Of a stretch of DNA of 64,000 nt, positions 13,761-25,600 are shown piece after piece. The notes below the pieces were generated by a model. It did not search any database. It was not told where the DNA came from and saw only the letters and a program-made list of their open reading frames with translations. The position numbers and the translations under genes were made by a program. This stretch comes from Octopus vulgaris. Its lineage: Eukaryota. Numbering within the stretch: position 1 is the stretch's first letter; each line of letters opens with the position of its first letter. The stretch is taken from the NCBI GenBank assembly GCA_951406725.2, contig OX597820.1, positions 71,238,001 through 71,302,000 of the forward strand. The letters are read 5' to 3'.

Positions 13761-13969
13761 TCTTTCAAAATGTGACCGCGTGTGTACTGTTGGCGATTTT
13801 TTTTTTTCCTCTGTCTTCTCTTCTCTGGATCTTTCCTTCTCCCATGTTTCCGACGAAGAGCTCCGCTCGAAACGTTAAACCCTCCTTCTTTCCTGAGCGT
13901 CCAATAATATCATATTTGTTCCACGTCCTCGCGTTGTTGTTGTTTTTTTGTGCTTTCTTGTTTGGATTA

Positions 13970-14023
<54 letters not shown>

Positions 14024-14175
14024 AGGCACCCTTCAACTTCCATCAACCAAATCTACTCACAAGGCTTTGGTCAGCTCAAGGCTATAGAAAAAGATACTTG
14101 CCCAAGGTGCCATACAGTGGGTTTGAACCCAGAACCATGTAGTTGGAAAACAAGCTTCTTACCACACAGTCATGC
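13510..14175 (-). mobile_element. Family-A SINE interrupted at its central (TA)n by a Penelope pseudo-LTR fragment (about 13757-13975)
   Basis: SINE tail at 13510-13710 and head at 14020-14175 flank an unrelated insert that contains a hammerhead-like motif. Confidence 0.65.
13846..13880 (+). ncRNA. Minimal type I hammerhead-like ribozyme (variant core CCGACGA)
   Basis: Stem I GTTT/AAAC, core CCGACGA, stem II GAGC-TCC-GCTC, then GAAA-CG-TT. Confidence 0.55.
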
Positions 14176-14246
14176 CTTCTTACTATGCAATTCATTTATA
14201 AAACTGCTGGGAATTGAACATGCATTTTTTAATTAACATTCAGACA

Positions 14247-14690
14247 CAAGCATGGTTGTGTAGTTAATAAGTTTACTTCCCAAACACATGATTTAGGATT
14301 TAGTCCCTCAATATGGAACCTTAGGCAAGTGTCTTCTATCATAATACCAGGCTAACCAAAGCCTCAGGAGTGGCTTTGGCGGTGGAAACTGAAAGAAACC
14401 TGTCAGTATGTATGTGCATGCTTTGGTGTGTATGTGTTTGTGTGTCCTTCTCTTGACAATGTGCAATAGTCGTAAACAAGTGTCACCACCATATAAGCAG
14501 TGTTCTTCATTTCCGAACCTTCCATGAAAACCCATCTGCCTATAAATATTACCTTGCTTGCGAACAGGCAAGGGCTAGTGACAGAAGGGCATCATGTTAC
14601 AGAAAATTTGCTTCAGTGAATTCTGTCTGACCCATGCAACATTGGAAAAGTGAGTGCTAATGTGATGATGATGATGACAATGATGATATA
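14247..14690 (+). mobile_element. Decayed SINE with family-A head and RTE-like tail
   Basis: Head similar to family A; tail GACAGAAGGGCATC...GACCCATGCAACATTGGAAAAG...(GAT)n. Confidence 0.6.
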
Positions 14691-14879
14691 TAAGGCTTGG
14701 CAGGGAAGTTTGATGATTTTTCAGTGAATATAATAATATCAAATTTAGGATATTCACAGCTTTTATTGTCTAAATGTATAGAACTGTGTACCATTGACAA
14801 TGATATAAAAGACACAGAAGTCACTGTCCATTTACTTTACACAACTAATATCATCCAAGACTTAACAGTATTTTGCACA

Positions 14880-15900
14880 TATATACTTGTAGTTTATCCT
14901 AAAGTTCTGCATTCTATGTTGCACTGTCTTGAATTATTACAATAAATTCCTGTCAAGTAGCAGCTTTCAGTGTACACAGTTTATTGATGAATACTTTCTG
15001 TTCAAGGTAGCCACAAAGGAAATAATCCCAAAAATATTTCATCAATAATATCTGTGAAAACACTCAATGTATGAGTAGTTGCTCCATTTTGTTGAAGCCA
15101 TACATGTTAATCCCATTTCTGTTCAGTTCTGGTAAAAAGAAGTCGTACAACATGAGAACATGGCAATTATAATTTACTGCTATTACATGCCTGATCTCTT
15201 CAAAAGAATATGAACATTCTGCATTAGTTTGCCACACAGCACCACATTATTACATGTTTACAGGGAAAAAGGACATTCGTGATATTATCATGGTTTGCTG
15301 TCTGGATTAGTGGAGATTTGCTTATTTAACCCTTTAGCATTCGGATTAGTCTGTCAAATCTAATGCTTTTTAATTCAAATTGTTTTGAATTACTCATGCA
15401 TTATCTTACAACTTTGAGATTTAGATGATGTTATTGTGTATTTTTAGAATGTCAGTGTAAGTTATGTGTGAAAGGCTTGATATAGCCAGTTTGAATGTAA
15501 GACCTGTAGAATATTTGGGCTGGACTTGGCTGGATTAAATGCCAAAGGGTTAAGCAAATGGAAATGTGCTTCATCATTCTTGAGAAGAACTATTCACATC
15601 ACAAACTTCAAGACAAAATGGGACAACACACTGCAATCAAGACTCTTCTTTTTTCCTGATTTTTCAATATTTTTTTTAATGCATTTAGTTCTAGTTCTTA
15701 TGGATCTAGATCTATTGCTGATGGTTTTACTGTATGAACTTTTAAAAAAATATATACTAGTAACAGATACAGTATAAAATACTGAGAGATAATGTTTATC
15801 CAAACTTAAACATGGATGTTCTGTTAGAACAAGCTATACTGCAGTAGATACCATGAGAGAAACTCTCAGCTTCTATAGAACTCTGATGAACTTTCTGCTC
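14880..15900 (-). pseudogene. Highly decayed Tc1/mariner-superfamily transposase (rosa/DD41D- or maT-like)
   Basis: Minus-strand translation fragments WLQQNGATTH (cf. WFQQDGATAH), DYFLCGYLE (cf. DFFLWGYLK) and KVFINKLCTL. Extent beyond ~15300 is uncertain. Interrupted by a TTAA MITE. Confidence 0.5.
15330..15549. mobile_element. piggyBac-type MITE
   Basis: TTAA|CCCTTTAGCATT...AATGCCAAAGGG|TTAA. Confidence 0.75.
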
Positions 15901-15925
15901 GAGTATTCTCTGTCAAAACCTTTAA

Positions 15926-16121
15926 CCTTTTAGCATTCAGATTACTCTGTTAAATGTAATGCTTATTTATTTACCTTGTTTTGAATTAATCATGCATTAT
16001 CTAGTAGCTCTGAGATTTCTATGATGGGATTCTTTAATATTAGAATGGCCTTACAGGCTGGTTTGAACATAAGACAGGTAGGATATTTTGGCTGGATATC
16101 GTCAATTTAAATGCTAAAAAG
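15926..16121. mobile_element. piggyBac-type MITE, second copy of the 15330 family
   Basis: TTAA|CCTTTTAGCATTCAGATT...AATGCTAAAAAG|TTAA; interior homologous to 15330-15549. Confidence 0.7.
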
Positions 16122-17504
16122 TTAAACATATCACTCGCTTCTCTTCCCGGATGCATCATTTCTCTGTTGAGCTTCATGTTAGTCATAAGTCCTTTTAATC
16201 TACTGCTCTCTAGAACTCACTATCTTCTTATTTTCCTCTGGTCTAAAGTACTCAGTTCTTCAAGCTTTCTGGCAACTGGTGCCTTTTGAATATAGAGGCC
16301 TTTTCTTTTTCCTTCTTTACAATTTCTTATTACTACAGTGGCCTCAAGACTTGTTTGAAACAAAATCATAAAAAAAGTTTAGCTTATTTTCTACAAATAT
16401 TTTCTGGTTTTCCCTATTTCAATGCAGAATGGGAGAAACTGTTCATTATACCATCACCTGATACCTTTAATATTCTATAATATTAAAACACTTCACACAT
16501 TGTCTAATGATTTCTTCTTGTTAGCCTGAAATTTTCTGCTCCTTAAATAATATCATATTTCAACTAAGCTCTTCTCTATGACAGCCCATTTTCAAATGCA
16601 AATGTGAATTTCAATCCTCAAGACTTACTGAAGTCATGTCATAAATGCTAGATAGCACCACCAAGTATGTGATTCATTCTCTCCCACCTTCTCATCACAC
16701 ATTTTAAAAACTATTGTGTTTATCATGTGGCTGGATCTAGTAGATGGAAAATGTAGGAAGCACATAGTATGTGTGAATGAGTGTGTGTGTGTATGTATGT
16801 ATGTTTGTATGTGTGTGTGTGTGTCCGTGTGTGAGAGTGAGTGACAGAGAGAGTGTGTATGTGTGAAATTTAATAATCGATTTGAATTGTATGTTTTTTA
16901 ATCATGTTATAAAAAAAGAGGGCAGTTCCAGCATTTTTGTCTTGACATGGCATGATAGCTATAAGTGAGCAGCACTATTATGCAAACTGTGTTGTTTGCT
17001 TCACTGATAACATCTCCAGCTGAGGGAAAAAATACTTTGCTTGAGAACAGATAATGGTTGGCAACAGGAAACACATCCAGCCATAAAAAGTCTGTTTCGA
17101 TGAAGTCTGTCCGACCCATGCAAGCATGGAAAAAGGGAATGGTAAAATGGTGATGATGATGATGGTGGTGGTGGTGGTGCTGGTGATATATGTATGTATA
17201 TAAGTAAGTGCAGATATATATATATATATATATATATAGAAAGAGAAAGCAAAAAAGAGGTGGAGAGAGAAAGATACATACACACATAGACAAGGCACAC
17301 ATACATATATGGTAGAATGGAATCGATTTTTTCATCTTCATTCTGGGTTCAAATCCTGTCAAGGTTAACTTTCCTTAACTTTCCCTTTCATGTTTTTACG
17401 GTTCAGAGAATAAGAACTGCCATATATTGGGTCAATTGTTTTGACTGCTCCCATCATCTCTTCATCCCCTAAAAATATCTAGTCTTGCACTGATATCAGA
17501 ACTC

Positions 17505-17542
17505 ACACACACACATACACATATATTTTTATACATACATAC

Positions 17543-17582
<40 letters not shown>

Positions 17583-17607
17583 ATAGATAGATCAATATCT
17601 ATCTGTC

Positions 17608-17647
<40 letters not shown>

Positions 17648-17707
17648 CATATATATATACATATATATATACATATATATATACATATATATATACATAT
17701 ATATATA

Positions 17708-17791
<84 letters not shown>

Positions 17792-17855
17792 CATATATAT
17801 ATACATATATATACATATATATATATATATACATATATATATACATATATATACA

Positions 17856-17925
<70 letters not shown>

Positions 17926-18145
17926 TATTTATATATATATATAAAGATATATAATCATATATCGATAATTTCAAATATGTATATAAGCATACACACATAC
18001 ACATATATATATATATAAATATACATAATTTCATATATATGTATAAGCATATGTATGTAGTTTCATATATATTCTATGATATATATGTATCTCTCTCTCT
18101 CTCTCTCTCACTATATATATATATATATACATACATACATACAAA
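17505..18145. repeat. Long (TA)n/(TACA)n compound microsatellite
   Basis: Direct inspection. Similar tracts occur at 9300-9370, 10033-10170, 19320-19460, 23480-23580 and 25530-25670. Confidence 0.95.
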
Positions 18146-19333
18146 TTTATGAACTAATATTGAAACGCTAGCATACACACACATACACTCAGGCTAGCAT
18201 ACAAAATTCAGCACATACACATTTATACATGCACATACACAATACTTCCATAGTGCATCAGAGTTGAAATGATTCAATATTTACCTGGCTTATTTATGAT
18301 GGCTTTCTTTATATCTGACACTTAACATTACTGGCACTAGCGGTATGTTATACTAGTTTCTAAGATGAAATTGCTAAAGCTGATTTGGGGATTTGAGAAT
18401 CTGAATGATTCAAAATATCCAAAAACAACTTCCTAAGGCTTTGTATAATTACAGGTGGATTTACTAACATTGGAAAAAGCCAATGTAAGTGAAGTTGTAT
18501 GATTATTAGGTAGATTTTCTACAAGTTCTTTCCAATAGTACAGATTCATAGAGGATTTCATTGTTAAACATCTTAGAAAAGATATGCAAGTAACAATATG
18601 AAAAATAATGAGTTAAGTTGATGTGGCATAAAGATAAGTAATATCGAATGTTTGGAGCAGAGCCTTTCATTGGAGAATTTATAGTCACAAAATTATTAGC
18701 CATCATTGCAGATTTATTTCTCTATAATGGATAATGAGGCTTTTGTGTCTGTGTATGTTGTGTGTGCATATTATACATATACATATATATATATATATAT
18801 ATATAATTAATAATATCTGGGTAATAAAGATTTTAGAAAGTTTTACTACCAGTGGCCTAGCATATAGAAAAATTAGTCAATAGACTATATATAGTCTATT
18901 CATATAAAATATAGTGTACATTTAAACACATTAAGAGGTTTCCATCATAAGAATCCTTTATGCTAGAAAGAACAGCTAAAGTCCATACCACTAATTAGGG
19001 ATAAATTCTTGAAGGGAATGAAAAATAAAAACATTTACCGTCTATTTCCTGGACCATGGTTTCTGACTTATTTTAGCAAATAAAATTATTTGCTAGGCAA
19101 AGTCTTTAATGTGTTTAAATGTACCCTGTATTTTATATATATATATGCACTTTTACTCTTTTACTTGTTTCAGTCATTTGACTGCAGCCATGCTAGAGCA
19201 ACACCTTTAGTCGAGGAAATTGACCCCAGGACTTATTCTTTGTAAGCCTAATACTTATTCTATCGGTCTCTTTTGCCGAACCACTAAGTTACGGGGAAGT
19301 AAACACACCAAGGGGACAAACACACACATATAT

Positions 19334-19375
<42 letters not shown>

Positions 19376-19461
19376 TTATATTTATACATATACATATATA
19401 CCTACACATTTGTACATATATGTTTATGTGTATATACATATATATATATATATATACACAC

Positions 19462-19687
19462 ATATCATCATCATCATGATCTTCATTCAACGTCCGCTTT
19501 CCATGCTAGCATGGGTTGGACGGTTCAACTGGAGTCTGGGGAGCCCGAAGGCTGCACCAGGCCAGTCAGATCTGGCAGTGTTTCTACAGCTGGATGCCCT
19601 TCCTAACGCCAACCACTCCGAGAGTGTAGTGGGTGATTTTATGTGCCACCGACACAGGTGCCAGACGAGGCTGGCAGACGGCCACGT
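19462..19687 (-). mobile_element. RTE LINE 3' tail fragment
   Basis: Same tail as 4795-5225, with one minisatellite unit. Confidence 0.8.
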
Positions 19688-19764
19688 ACATATATATTTA
19701 TATGTGTGTATATATACATTTATATACATATGCATGTGTACATATATATGTATATGTGTGTGTG

Positions 19765-19795
<31 letters not shown>

Positions 19796-19863
19796 ACACA
19801 TACATATATGTGCATATATATACATATACCTACATATATACAGACAGACAGACAGACAGACAG

Positions 19864-19898
<35 letters not shown>

Positions 19899-20129
19899 CA
19901 TTTGGGTGTAAGTGTGTGTGTATGTGTGATTTATAAGAAGGAAAGCCTGAATCAGAGACAGTAGAAGAAATACAACAGATCAAGAATTAACGTAGATAAT
20001 CACTATTAAATTTTAAATGTAATTGTTGCTCTCTTCTGAAAACTTTGCTGTTAACACACCAGATAAACAAAATATCTTTTGTTCTTATTTTACTGGTTTC
20101 AATCATGGGGCATAAGCCATGCTAAAATA

Positions 20130-20332
20130 ATAATGATAATAATAACATCAAAAAATACCTTAGGAATGAGAACCCAGGTTCGAAATTTCCCCAAGACACC
20201 TGATGAAAGCTGGAGGGTATATCAGCCAAAACATTGTGATAACAATAAGATGAGAACAAATATCCGTCAAACGTAAATTTTGTAAATAATGAAAATATGT
20301 TTAGTGTCAAATTCTTGCATTTGTCCACTTGC

Positions 20333-20340
<8 letters not shown>
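20130..20340 (+). mobile_element. Penelope-type pseudo-LTR fragment with a decayed hammerhead (20195-20240)
   Basis: GACAC-CTGATGA-AAGCTG...CAGCC-AAAAC-ATT-GTG; GAAACG appears to have become AAAACA, consistent with CpG decay. Ends at (TA)n. Confidence 0.5.
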
Positions 20341-20375
<35 letters not shown>

Positions 20376-20807
20376 ATACATACAGACACACAGACACATA
20401 CATACATAAATACATGCATACTGATATATATATATATATATATATGTATCATCATCATTGAATGTCTGTTGTCCATACTGGCTTGGATTAGCCAGTTTGC
20501 CATGGAGCTGTCCAGCCAGGTAGCTGTCCAGGCTCCAATTGTCTCTGGTGGCATGGTTTCTATGGCTGGATGCTCTTCCCCACATGAACCATTTTACAGA
20601 GTGTGCTGGGTGCTTTTTATGTGTTACTGGTATGGGCGCATTTATGCAGCACCAACACGAATGCATTTTATATGGCACCAGCACCTGTAAATGATAAGCC
20701 TATATGTATAGATGACAGCGATTTTACTTAACTTGGCACATCTACTCAAGTACAGCATATCAGCACAACACACAGTTGTTTGTCATATATATTCACACAT
20801 ACACATA

Positions 20808-21692
20808 TGTGGTCTGATCAATAAGTATCTGGACTGTTGCCATAGTAACGAAGCTTAAGCACACAGAGCGAAACTGATTGGTACAGATTGACCTTGCTGT
20901 GCATGAGCACTTGGTTTTAACATTCTAGCTCACTTCTGTTGTTTACAGCAGTACTTGAAAGGAAGGTGTGTAGCATGTGATTGTCGTATTAATCGTAACA
21001 GAGAAAGCTGAGCAGGGAATCTGCATCAAATTCTGCCAAAAGCTTGGCAATACTTGGTCAGTGGTTCATGCAAAGTTTTCAGAAAGTTTTCATTGTTCTC
21101 AACACAGTCAAGATCTTGTGTAACTGAAACCCGAGTATTGTTTTGATCAGCTGAAAGTAGTTTTGGCACAAACTTGGCAGACATACGTCTCATACCCAAA
21201 TCTTCATTGAAAATGGACGGAACTGAACTGTAACTAATCTGCACATCCTCTGATAACTCACAGATGGTAATTTGACGATTTCCCCTCACAGCTGCATAAA
21301 CATCTGAAATGTTTTTCTCAGTTCTGCTGGTTGTGGGTCTCCCAGAGCGTTTCTCAATATCAACAATATTTTGGTCATCTTGGAAACGTCTGAACCACTT
21401 GTACGCTTGTGTGCAGCTCATACACTCCTCTCCATACACTTTCTTCAACTTTGTGTAGGCCTCTGAGCAGCTATTACGATGACAACTTTCTCTGTCATGG
21501 TCAATGCGATGATCACACGCTACATGCCTTCCTTCCAAGTACTGCTGTAAACAGTGGAAGTGAGGTAGAATGTTAAAACTTTGTGCATATGCACAGCGGA
21601 GTTTAAAGTCAATCTTTGCCAAGCAGCTTCACTCTGCGCGCTGTAGCTTCATTATTAATGCAACTGTCCGGATATTTATTGATCAGCTCTTG
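20808..21692 (-). mobile_element. Non-autonomous mariner derivative (same family as 5228-6105)
   Basis: TA-flanked ends GGTCTGATCAATAAGTATCTGGAC / GTCCGGATATTTATTGATCAG. ORF 21026-21622 gives a mariner N-terminal HTH (KVYGEECMS..QAYKWFRRF..RSGRP..AKFVPKLL) with the catalytic domain deleted. Confidence 0.85.
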
Positions 21693-22192
21693 TATATATA
21701 AATATGTATATAAATATCTATACCTATGTATATCTTTGTGTGTGTGTGAGAGTATGCTTGCATGTATGTTATGATATAAACGTTGTTTATCTTGTTTACA
21801 TAACCCATCCCTAATAATTTGACCTCATTTAAATCCATTCTATCAATAGTCTCCAGTCATTTTTCTTCCTCTGTGAAACCAAATCGAGGAAAGCAGCCTG
21901 GCTACTTTAATTCTTGAGACTATATGGAAAGCGATATGACACGAAGAGAAAAATACCAACTTATAAGCTGAAACTAAAATAATTTGTCAAAACATTCTAA
22001 CATTCTAATGTGCTTCTAAGTATAAATGTATACTTATGCTAACATGATGTCTTTTAAAGACTTTATTGACAACATCTGTATTTAATACATAACAATTATG
22101 TATGTATGTATGTATGTATGTGTGTATGTATGTATGTATGTATATTTATGTATATATGATGATGATGATGATGATATATATATATATATATA

Positions 22193-23464
22193 TTAGGTCA
22201 TCAGGTATGAAATTTGTTGAAAAGAAATAAAAAGGCATAAATACAAGGAATAGTTTTATTCATCAAAGTATGCACCCATATTGTCAATATACTTAGCCAT
22301 TATCCAGTGGTAGCTTGTCCAGCCCAGAACTGTAAAAGCCTGGAAATCTAGAGTCAATAAAATTTTAGAAGGCCTGTTTTACAGCATCATCGGAATTAAA
22401 TTTTTTTCCAATCAAAAAGTTATCCAAATTTTGGGAGAAGTGGTAGTCAGTGGGGACAAGATCAGATAAGTATGGTGGATGATGGAAAACTTCGAACTCC
22501 TGCTCCTGTAATTTTGCCAATGTCATTTTTGTGTGGTCTGGAGTTGTCTTACAATAAAATAGGAGTGGATCTGTTGACTAATCTAGGGTATTTTTTTTGT
22601 AAGTTTCTGCATAATTTGGTCCAGTTGGTTGCAGTATACTTCGGCCATGATCGATGAGCCAGGTTTAATGAAATCATAATGGATCACACCTGCTCCAGGC
22701 CACCAAACACACACCATCAGCTTCTTTTTATGAATTTTGCTTTGTGGGCTGTGTTTTGGTGGCTTGTCTTTGTCCAACCATTGTGCTAAACATTTACGGT
22801 TGTTGTATTGGATCCATTTCTCATCACATGTTACAGTTCGATTAAAAAATGATGCATTTTTGTGATGAGAAAGTAGAATAATGCAGGCTTCTAAACATTA
22901 TTGTTTCTGGTTTTCATTGGATTCCTGTGGAACCAATTTATCCAATTTTTTCATTTTACTGATTTGAACTAGGTGAGTCAATATTGTTTGCTTGCTAACA
23001 CCAAACAACAACGATAATTCACAGGCACTTTGAGATGGATCTGACTCGACAGTGGCTTTCAGTTTGTCATTATCCATCTTTGTTTCTGGTCAACTGCATT
23101 GCTCGTTTGTGAAGTCAAAGTTACCAGAACGAAATTTTGCAAACCAATTTAATACTGTCTGCTGTGTAATAACATTAGAAAGAAATACTCCATTAATATT
23201 CTGAGCTGTCTGTGATGCAGTATTTCTAGAAAGAACTCATATTTCAAAACTATACAAATTTCCCACTTATCCATCCCTAAACAAAAATAGTAGAAAATGA
23301 TTTATAAATACTTTATAAGGTGCAAAATGAGTTAGAATAAAGAAATAGGTGTGTCAGCTTTCTAACAAAAAATAAAGATTTTCAAAATATAATAATGGCA
23401 GAAAATGAGCAGGTGTCAAAGTTTACCATATATCTTACTACAAATTTCATACTTGATGACCTAA
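22193..23464 (-). mobile_element. Full-length decayed mariner element (~1.27 kb, DD34D)
   Basis: TA|TTAGGTCATCAGGTATGAAATTTG...CAAATTTCATACTTGATGACCTAA|TA. Confidence 0.92.
22256..23274 (-). pseudogene. mariner transposase pseudogene
   Basis: Fragments MDKWEICIVLKYEF, VTCDEKWIQY, KKLMVCVWW, DNSRPH, HPPYLSDLVPTDYHF and GAYFDE*, with stops and frameshifts. Confidence 0.9.
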
Positions 23465-23508
23465 TACATGTATGTATACGTGTATATATATGTGCATATA
23501 TATATATG

Positions 23509-23569
<61 letters not shown>

Positions 23570-23808
23570 TTATATATATATAAGAGCAAATAAATGGCAC
23601 AACGAAGTACCGATATTTACTGGAAAATAGCGTGCTTTCCAGTAAAGAATAGCCCGTGAGGGAAAATTATACATAATTACTATTTATATATATATATATA
23701 TATACCGGAGTAAACACATAAATGTGAAACAAGGTGGAAAAAAGAGTACTCAAATACCAGTGGTAGAGTAATATGCTTTATTTTAAGCAGCAGAAAATTC
23801 AACAAAAT

Positions 23809-23846
23809 CTGTTACTCTGAGTTTCTCGTTGCCGTTCATCAGACAG
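23809..23846 (-). ncRNA. Minimal type I hammerhead ribozyme
   Basis: Reverse complement of 25460-25497. Confidence 0.7.
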
Positions 23847-24907
23847 TTTTTGCTAGAATGGAACCGATATATCAATTCAATCTATCCTCTTACAAACGCT
23901 ACACCTTTAAAAAGAAATGGACTTGTTTGATTGGCCCTTTAGAAAAAACGGTCAATCTTCGAGCGATAAACAAAAAGGTCAAAAATATATGTATATATAT
24001 ATATAAAAAACTTATAAAAATTATAAAATTCGAGGAAAAAACCTTACATTGAATAAAATACATATTGACGTTAATGAAGAAAGTGCAAATTAATGCATAG
24101 AAATTAAACCTGTTATAAATATTACACTGCAATACATATTTATATTAAAATCTACATATATATATCAACATACACAAAATTATGCGTGCAAACGCCATAC
24201 ATATACAGACGTATGAATATAAATCTAAATATACACATAAAAGCATGTGTACATATATTCACGCAAAACCATCTCGCACGCAAGTTAAAAAAGATCTATG
24301 TAGCGATTCTCATATACTGAGTAAGGGGGGAACGAAAGAAAGGGAGAGAGAGAAAAGGAACGAAGGAGGTGTAGGGAAAAAAACGAAATAAGAAAAAATT
24401 ATGTATACAAGCAGTGTAACGGCATTATGGCATATAAGGAGACAAGTATACATACATAAGTTTGAATGGATACAGTCGTGTATATGTGTGCTTAAGCACA
24501 AACATACTTTCACTTACACATACACAGATACACATGCTTACAAATACATATGCTTTGCTATGCACATACTTATATCAACATTCTAATTTTGACAACATTG
24601 CTTTTTTTAAAAAAACATTGCTTTTTTTAAAAAAAATGGGTGCATTAATAAAAATATATACGAAAGACATATAAAATAAAATATAACATCCTATTTTGGG
24701 TAATTTATAAATAATTAAGGTAATATAAATAATCAAGGTAATCCTATATAATACAATAACATGAAAACAAAGTTGGAGGTTTTTCCTAATATATATGTAG
24801 AAACATAAGACTTTGCTATACGGATTAAGATCCGTATAGCTTGGAAACAAAATCCATCGTAGCGCTCATCGTTCAAGAGTCAAAATCAAAAATACAAAAT
24901 ATATACT

Positions 24908-25170
24908 CTATCCATATGGTATATTTATATTCGACATTTTAAATTTAGCCGCGTGCCTACATAAGTTCATTAGCTCGCTTCTTTGATTCAAAGAATTATT
25001 GTCTTTGAATAAGATGTACATTTTTTCTAATAGACAAAGCTTGCACTTGAAATTATTTTTGTAAGCTCCATGCCTGTATGGTGCCGCCCTGTCCAGAATG
25101 CTCCATGTCACGTTGAAAGGTGGGGCTTCCTTTTCATTTAGTTCCCAGACATATTTTGGTAGGCTGGTTT
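24908..25170 (-). pseudogene. C-terminal part of a Penelope-like GIY-YIG endonuclease
   Basis: TSLPKYVWELNEK...VTWSILDRAAPY...CKLCLLEKMYIL...LNQRSELMNLCRHAAKF is a typical PLE endonuclease end (CxLCxxEK, LNxRxE, CRH). Confidence 0.8.
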
Positions 25171-25459
25171 GTATTGCAGTGTAATATTTATAACAGGTTT
25201 AATTTCTATGCATTAATTTGCACTTTCTTCATTAACGTCAATATGTATTTTATTCAATGTAAGGTTTTTTCCTCGGATTTTATAATTTTTATAAGTTTTT
25301 TATATATATATATACATATATTTTTGACCTTTTTGTTTATCGCTCGAAGATTGACCGTTTTTTCTAAAGGGCCAATCAAACAAGTCCATTTCTTTTTAAA
25401 GGTGTAGCGTTTGTAAGAGGATAGATTGAATTGATATATCGGTTCCATTCTAGCAAAAA

Positions 25460-25497
25460 CTGTCTGATGAACGGCAACGAGAAACTCAGAGTAACAG
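25460..25497 (+). ncRNA. Minimal type I hammerhead ribozyme
   Basis: Stem I CTGT/ACAG, core CTGATGA, stem II CG-GCAA-CG, GAAA, stem III ACTC/GAGT, cleavage triplet GUA (after 25493). Confidence 0.75.
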
Positions 25498-25529
25498 ATT
25501 TTGTTGAATTTTCTGCTGCTTAAAATAAA

Positions 25530-25600
<71 letters not shown>

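Larger units (their letters stand above)
23702..25530 (-). mobile_element. 5'-truncated Penelope-like retroelement with an inverted terminal duplication
   Basis: GIY-YIG C-terminus at 24908-25170. Segment 23776-24135 is duplicated in inverted orientation at 25171-25530, with a hammerhead in each copy. (TA)n on both flanks. Confidence 0.8.

Noticed and set aside
17462-18034. Long YI/IY-repeat ORFs here and elsewhere
   Set aside because: Artefacts of (TA)n microsatellites.
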